64,000 nucleotides of DNA. It comes from Verrucomicrobiota bacterium (GTDB lineage: Bacteria; Verrucomicrobiota; Verrucomicrobiia; Limisphaerales; AAA164-E04). Shown here one piece after another: positions 62,601 to 64,000 of the stretch (the first letter of the stretch is position 1; the number at the start of each line of letters is the position of its first letter). A program made the position numbers and the translations under genes. Under the pieces are notes generated by a model. The model was not told where the DNA came from, did not search any database, and saw only the letters and a program-made list of their open reading frames with translations. Location: contig CP170459.1 in the NCBI GenBank assembly GCA_047947115.1, forward strand, positions 2,048,001 to 2,112,000, given 5' to 3'.

Positions 62601-64000
62601 GGCGACAGCGGTGCTGCAGCTTTCCTCGATGCAGCCACCACGCTGATCCAGGTCGAAGGATCCGGGTCATTGGAAGTCAGCGCGAGTGCTTCGTTGATTT
62701 TGGATTTTGGAATTGATGTGACCAATCCCACATCACCCGAGGTGTTCTTCTATGACACCACCGGAATTTCGCTTCTGGCTAAGGTGCTTGGACGCGATAT
62801 TTCCATTGAGACCTCGCTTGGTTCCGTGATTGGGATCTATATTGAAGACGGGGAAGTGACCATTGATCAGGATGGTGATCCGGATACTGATGCGGGCGAC
62901 GACGATCGAGGTGTTGAGTTCGGCCTGACGCTGAACGACACGAATGGTGATTCCAGGATTTATTTCTCCGAAAACTGGTTCACCACCGACATCATTGACA
63001 TTTCCCTGAATGGCGGACTGAGCGTATCCCTGCCAATCTTTGCTCCGGTGGAAGGATTGCCGCTGGGCGGGACAGGGGATCAGAACGAGGACGGACATCC
63101 GGACAACGAGTTGTATATTGAAATCTCCGATTTTGCCGGACTGTTTTCCGGGGAGGATGTGGTCACCATCATTGCCCCGGATCTGAACAACCTGATTCAA
63201 AATGTTGATTTCTGTGCTGTTTTAGAAAATGCGGGTTTGCTGATCAATGGACTGGATCAACTGCTCGGTTCGATCGAAGAAGGGCTGCAGGATCTGGTGG
63301 CATCCAATTCACTTCCAATGCTTGGGGATGGTTTCAGTGATGCTGCGAACTTTATCTCGAGTTTCCGAAATGGTTTGCTCGCGTCCATACAAGCCGAGTT
63401 GGATGCGGCAGGCGGCAGCGCAGTGACCGTTGTTGAAAACGCGCTCAAGCAAGCTTTCTGGGAAACGCTGGGACCGGAAGGGTTGGATTTGTTGGTAGAC
63501 CCTGATTCGGGTGAAGCGCTGGATCCATCACTGGGTTATCATCAGCTCGCCGTGATGCTGGACTGTGAAGCAGGGTTGGTGGTTGATCTGCGATTGCGCA
63601 AGACCGTCGCCTTGGTGGACACCAGCGAGAATCCGATTGATTTTGACATTGGCGTGCCCGGATTCGGGTTGGAAGTGAATGGAAATGTCAGTGTCGCCAT
63701 TGGATTTGATCTCAAGTTCGGCTTCGGGTTGAACAAGGAGGACGGTTTCTATTTCGATTCCTCGGCAGGTGCGGATGATCCCGAGCTGCGAGTCTTCTTC
63801 GAGGCCAGCATTCCCGGTTTGTCGGCGACGGGGAGTTTGGCATTCCTGCAACTGGACGTCGGAGATGATCCGGATGATCCGAGTTCGTTTGTCGGTCAGT
63901 TTGTTGTGGATCTGAAAGATCCCAATCACGACGGAAAACTGACATTTGCCGAGATGAGTTCGAGCGGGGTGCAGTTCTCGGACATATTTGATCCGGGACT
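50601..64000 (+). CDS. Giant LEPR-XLL-domain extracellular protein (>4,460 aa, runs off window; absent from ORF track)
   Basis: Manual translation: LANQLSVTRSSYSLEALEPRVLLSGDG...; the same frame is open at the end (SSGVQFSDIFDPG). The track lists no stop-terminated ORF in this frame. Start could be 50580, 50601 or 50619. Confidence 0.92.
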   Translation, partial: MANQLSVTRSSYSLEALEPRVLLSGDGLSVLSESHASSGVEEDLFCASESCELIQNETQDEVTEWLIDGDLDALDSLFNQEGTSQEDCIFAEESDAAGEAAVSGPLEDASDGETEEQGDAPTSDISNFIPASDILSETSLLVTDQPGDFDLFCYCSRLVETLNVGNAPPAGETCLPGESARHDLPYHVASQTVDQVSGLFVSLTPEQAESVLDLSMSPQGYVAQVVDAYGKLVAEPTELSVDATVVITGSDDLDDTLTIRLPEVHADGWLAIAFEGGDAGFDSLVLEGPDGVLVQYVAAGPDSGSIQGEGWEIHYTGLEPITDNSDVADRLFTATGSDDIIRLKDADEPGFMTIESDNGSFESISFPNPTSSLTIDAGGGNDQIIIESLDPAFVAGASGSADPELHLQGGAGTDTVFVSYPADLILTDASLDGGSDFNLIFDDVPDQVVVSGGAIDASAFSGVAVVVPGVPDWQDEGPGLIHSDLTKDAPFPESGAVEAIAVHPGNDQILFAASVNGGVWRTENGGQTWTAMTDELPSLSFTSIAIHSHDADGNLVDASTPVGKLIVFAGTGQRSANHEGGLAIGLLRSQDGGDTWELVGVPDMTGLPLSAIVAKRISGQDIVLVAAEGKTVRESSKVEMLGSPDLTFSDQGASSDTITRSAGSWIDDGFASGHEIEVDGTTRNDATYKIASVTATVMTLEADSILVDEASVSGVKVITSLKVKLLKEGGVFRSVDGGDTFTQIQPIDPAAQFFPLDERHFPTGSVTDLAIDPGAEERIYAGVRGGGVYRSDDAGATWTAVNTGLTLATDDWDNDGNGYVDDADETAVGVQRILLAVQADDASATNEVYAALVGGNDHFIGIFKSDDQGANWSLLGEAPGRPEFELSFPVTSNAGLIDFLDNNPAQDTVVRSTGSWIRDGFQAGDYIEITGSAASDGVHLVASVSHDTLTMDAGVALDTEVYLRSIKGAPELTFADANPDTITRSVGSWVEDGIVKGHEIKISDTTGNNGTYTVTGVTPLVLTLSGSDSLTAETIQTAVEIKASATEYDGPGTLQPQIHRGSQGELHFSVTADADGNIYLGGDRPAHIFRWDQTTSQWDHITKQNATGTRSHADSRVLILDGAGQLLDGDDGGVYRLLNPGDNATVTMTGSPRVTFVDANPDQVQRSAGSWITDGFVAGQRIGVTGSFSLYGNDGVYTIASVTASTLTLVASDQLQSEGPRSGVTVVSYPALAGNPNLTFADASPDTITRSAGSWVSDGFAVGHHIEVSGSSSNDGIYTISELTATLLKVTAADSLAAEGPVNGIHVWQNREWKSLNASLGATEILSMSYDPVSNVFFAGTQDNGVIEQPFPADGVDNDGDGIVDEPDERFRWSVVLDGRGLPPGDGNITAVALLDLDDDGQIDEVRRYTMSNNLVSFTQRLFDENGALIPGTNQLVGLASPVSQTVNFTVNIGSDQLTINDHGLVTGDGPFKVDVSGGGSLPAELSTDALYWAIRVSDNAIQLAANQQDALDGSQINLTTDGSGTRQLTKPFLSFGNAAIDDPTDQITIPNHGLATGAGPFRLVTSRGSDFGSGLYPYIDYYVIRVDNDTIQLARSKALANAGTDYSIKDNGSGAFQLVSRLSGLNGNDAAKYTSGFRELAYAVNQVDDTRMLLGLNSVYASVNIGSDATPYYDGLGTVQRLFTHPSSGQFTSLVYGGSKNGVENPDVVYASSWSRIYIQVANAMTGNPNLVFADNGASEDTITRSSGDWEADGFAPGQVITISGSSNNDHSYTVQAVTPTVLTVTSGDSLTAEGPVNQVAVSRFSRETTPGSETINGLVLDPDDYDIAYAISDANVYQRTGPGKWEIISTELSSLSLKSIEFAQVGGTDILLVGGVNGLFRAIDPQPGVTWTEVGRGLPNTLLRDTDYISRDPADAPNPHNLSREDILLVATQGRGAWLTLSPDVYLDEMTEIHIVGDGGNDEIKIERRASNASLLDIYVNSNSPVYTLPASAVSKITVEGNDGNDTLTLDSTHGPLSFPGDASDPSNPEGIFFNGGGGTNQLVLEGGKSHSLTQASDAGVTTLTIQDIRANQQAMFAFENATLDNNLVPASDLEIFYHVMTEIFFGYSHWMGSNDSLSGDGMMDELALIGYSLPRVLNGSQTNDLDPVGDPVEEATEMVQSGSVRSTSGLERLIESGENGFSLSEIGDTILTLDALRARLDDLDDVAGNVVLDEITDRDGDSLADAILTIQIQRTLNGQAALELQTEYGVGEIDISGDMHVSVDVVLDLVVGIETTDGVFIETLGGASGLSVSGLELEGSLEGTGRLGFLEVYLEESRLVVDPALTFGITLLDPSGGDEIRFDELMALLSDPSSLSDLAEFAITGSASDDLEFSAVVHAAAILPGLDDPFDLGDAEMTATWSEITDIDSVAISFSVGAGEDLIGFLEVTAQRVVEALETVQNTLEQFSVDIPEIDQTLDDLLRFVDGFEDTILSPLREPVHGSVSTATIQDMIRSWNRGLNEELETVGLHFDADELELTYDFEYSHFFGRDGDALDLSFDLGGAGSSLGMDAEVSVEGTVGLQTTLGLDLGALIGGGDFDDIFFLQDTLFEGELNLSFTELDTDLTAGSQTFNLEDGELVLGVSLTIDPSGADDNADNKLSLTELTSASLEDLVDLDATGTLDATLPFNADLSLDLLNGAGLATEGDYVITLHTDDLFGSDPMDVTVSLDGSVTVLGQTLEGLFTFQSTTMEGESVTILSGDPFTLTLFEGAGGGTALVSAMGSGHFVVTDDGVAGEAEAALVVGVAGFANLTGDFEVRVNTTESDFDATFTVGGDSVTLDLPEGPYLRVAGEDVSVDLSIGSFTQTVSGDFAFEQTGDGDNRQVVLGLNNVSMTMEAGALTLEANDGSGAFLLQSAGVAGEATIGEVILNGVPGVTLNVVDLAIRVNNTGMDINDGEAEPGPLTIEVGGETLSFEFSGAYEQDYLSVSGGAEMVLADFITLYGNFTIERSELDTNADTIVEDVIKVGVESLNFTLSAGSFEVLSFSDGTGAFVFTDEGVAGTADMQFELGIIGLSGDIDMELNTLSRAIEASVPVASGAVAFNFTDTEFLRVCVTNAFLNLGSTSIPIPGDLLVDVDTGSGSVDVVDKTSGTVLVSVASDGTISTGLSFDDFAISGPFEFISLLRQLLIWFNEMSESEAFNVEIPFTDNTLGEALDWTQLFLDEIYSNMISVELQSGEDIDGMIADEGDGIVDLVDVNFMLQVDDETPVEVTVNGSFSSIENASDPFDASTLVGLFNNAFLAAGAGLSSQVVARKHEETEPGVDRFVIALLPEAIAKLSSLKLVELDEDMEGLGFGPSDGNYGDEDGSEANPYTTEQTAIETHRYTTEQFFVALGDLLGIPVTYNPAQLVYTYTVDKEATYETTVPFNFSGDLGDLGGVAVEGLVRIEATVGFEFTLGFDLGADEVPRILTSTFVPTPANGRISEDANFDIFFNDDLAAVSFSGANALTAASTADNTSINDLADDLNDLFATVDYNGSPVSDWLVAQKAGNGLAISVRQEHLGVINRLSTRSNIDDTFATEMGFGIEVLDLDGNEVTENDRYFVSTSQSGMKGLFLDDVSLSASLAAYTETDTGTYPDANPDGLTGSLQFGFVELSTSEGAFGTLEYDGTTPTEIGIDLGLENSGSGESRFYLADLFQSLTSTSFGDMVNGPDFSGSFLARLQGLSVNGFDIGDLAGSDPEISVWIPDINDLEYNEDPYDGTNTGVFVTYPNLGHLQNFQNFSFAQLINALRVLVDNLSELSAFGFLDKKIPVIDASVNDLLDYAAKFAELVEEAANQPAGSLQAAITELESQIESLFNLDPSILTVSIDTNGITPDQLVLSGGDGSNPAGTTLDPEGDNNGLVIESASNGTGDNGISIRLVGDSSVSGNDANVEWDSVQRVLTLGIRGGETTAATLRDAINALSGTPFFASLPGGEDGSGTLRTTALKFGFDFTAAYGNLLPLQLDLNALVNQLAGDSGAAAFLDAATTLIQVEGSGSLEVSASASLILDFGIDVTNPTSPEVFFYDTTGISLLAKVLGRDISIETSLGSVIGIYIEDGEVTIDQDGDPDTDAGDDDRGVEFGLTLNDTNGDSRIYFSENWFTTDIIDISLNGGLSVSLPIFAPVEGLPLGGTGDQNEDGHPDNELYIEISDFAGLFSGEDVVTIIAPDLNNLIQNVDFCAVLENAGLLINGLDQLLGSIEEGLQDLVASNSLPMLGDGFSDAANFISSFRNGLLASIQAELDAAGGSAVTVVENALKQAFWETLGPEGLDLLVDPDSGEALDPSLGYHQLAVMLDCEAGLVVDLRLRKTVALVDTSENPIDFDIGVPGFGLEVNGNVSVAIGFDLKFGFGLNKEDGFYFDSSAGADDPELRVFFEASIPGLSATGSLAFLQLDVGDDPDDPSSFVGQFVVDLKDPNHDGKLTFAEMSSSGVQFSDIFDPG

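Noticed and set aside
50702..63945. Dozens of short ORFs listed in the track
   Set aside because: Antisense or off-frame shadows of the giant + strand gene.

Overview
Bacterial chromosomal window. Gene content (DUF1552/DUF1592 pairs, PVC-type heme protein, sulfatase, CotH/LTD proteins, LEPR-XLL protein) points to the PVC superphylum, probably Verrucomicrobiota; this is inference. It holds about 30 intact genes, including two AIM24 proteins, an ABC-F ATPase, a Na+/solute symporter operon, a Cus-type heavy-metal RND operon and a sulfatase. I saw no rRNA, tRNA or CRISPR. Two CDSs are missing from the ORF track because they run off the window edges: an AIM24 gene (<1..532, -) and a giant LEPR-XLL protein (~50601..>64000, +, >4,460 aa). 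The giant protein is the most notable element: its BNR-type beta-propeller is interrupted by six plus two repeated modules that resemble phage structural-protein domains. Other points are two REP-like tandem arrays (187-bp and 100-bp units), a mirror-ordered DUF1552-DUF1592-DUF1592-DUF1552-SUMF1 operon with two in-frame stops, a nested IS/AbiE deletion scar (30.2-31.8 kb), and several unannotated pseudogene remnants. All family calls come from motif recognition by eye, not from database searches.
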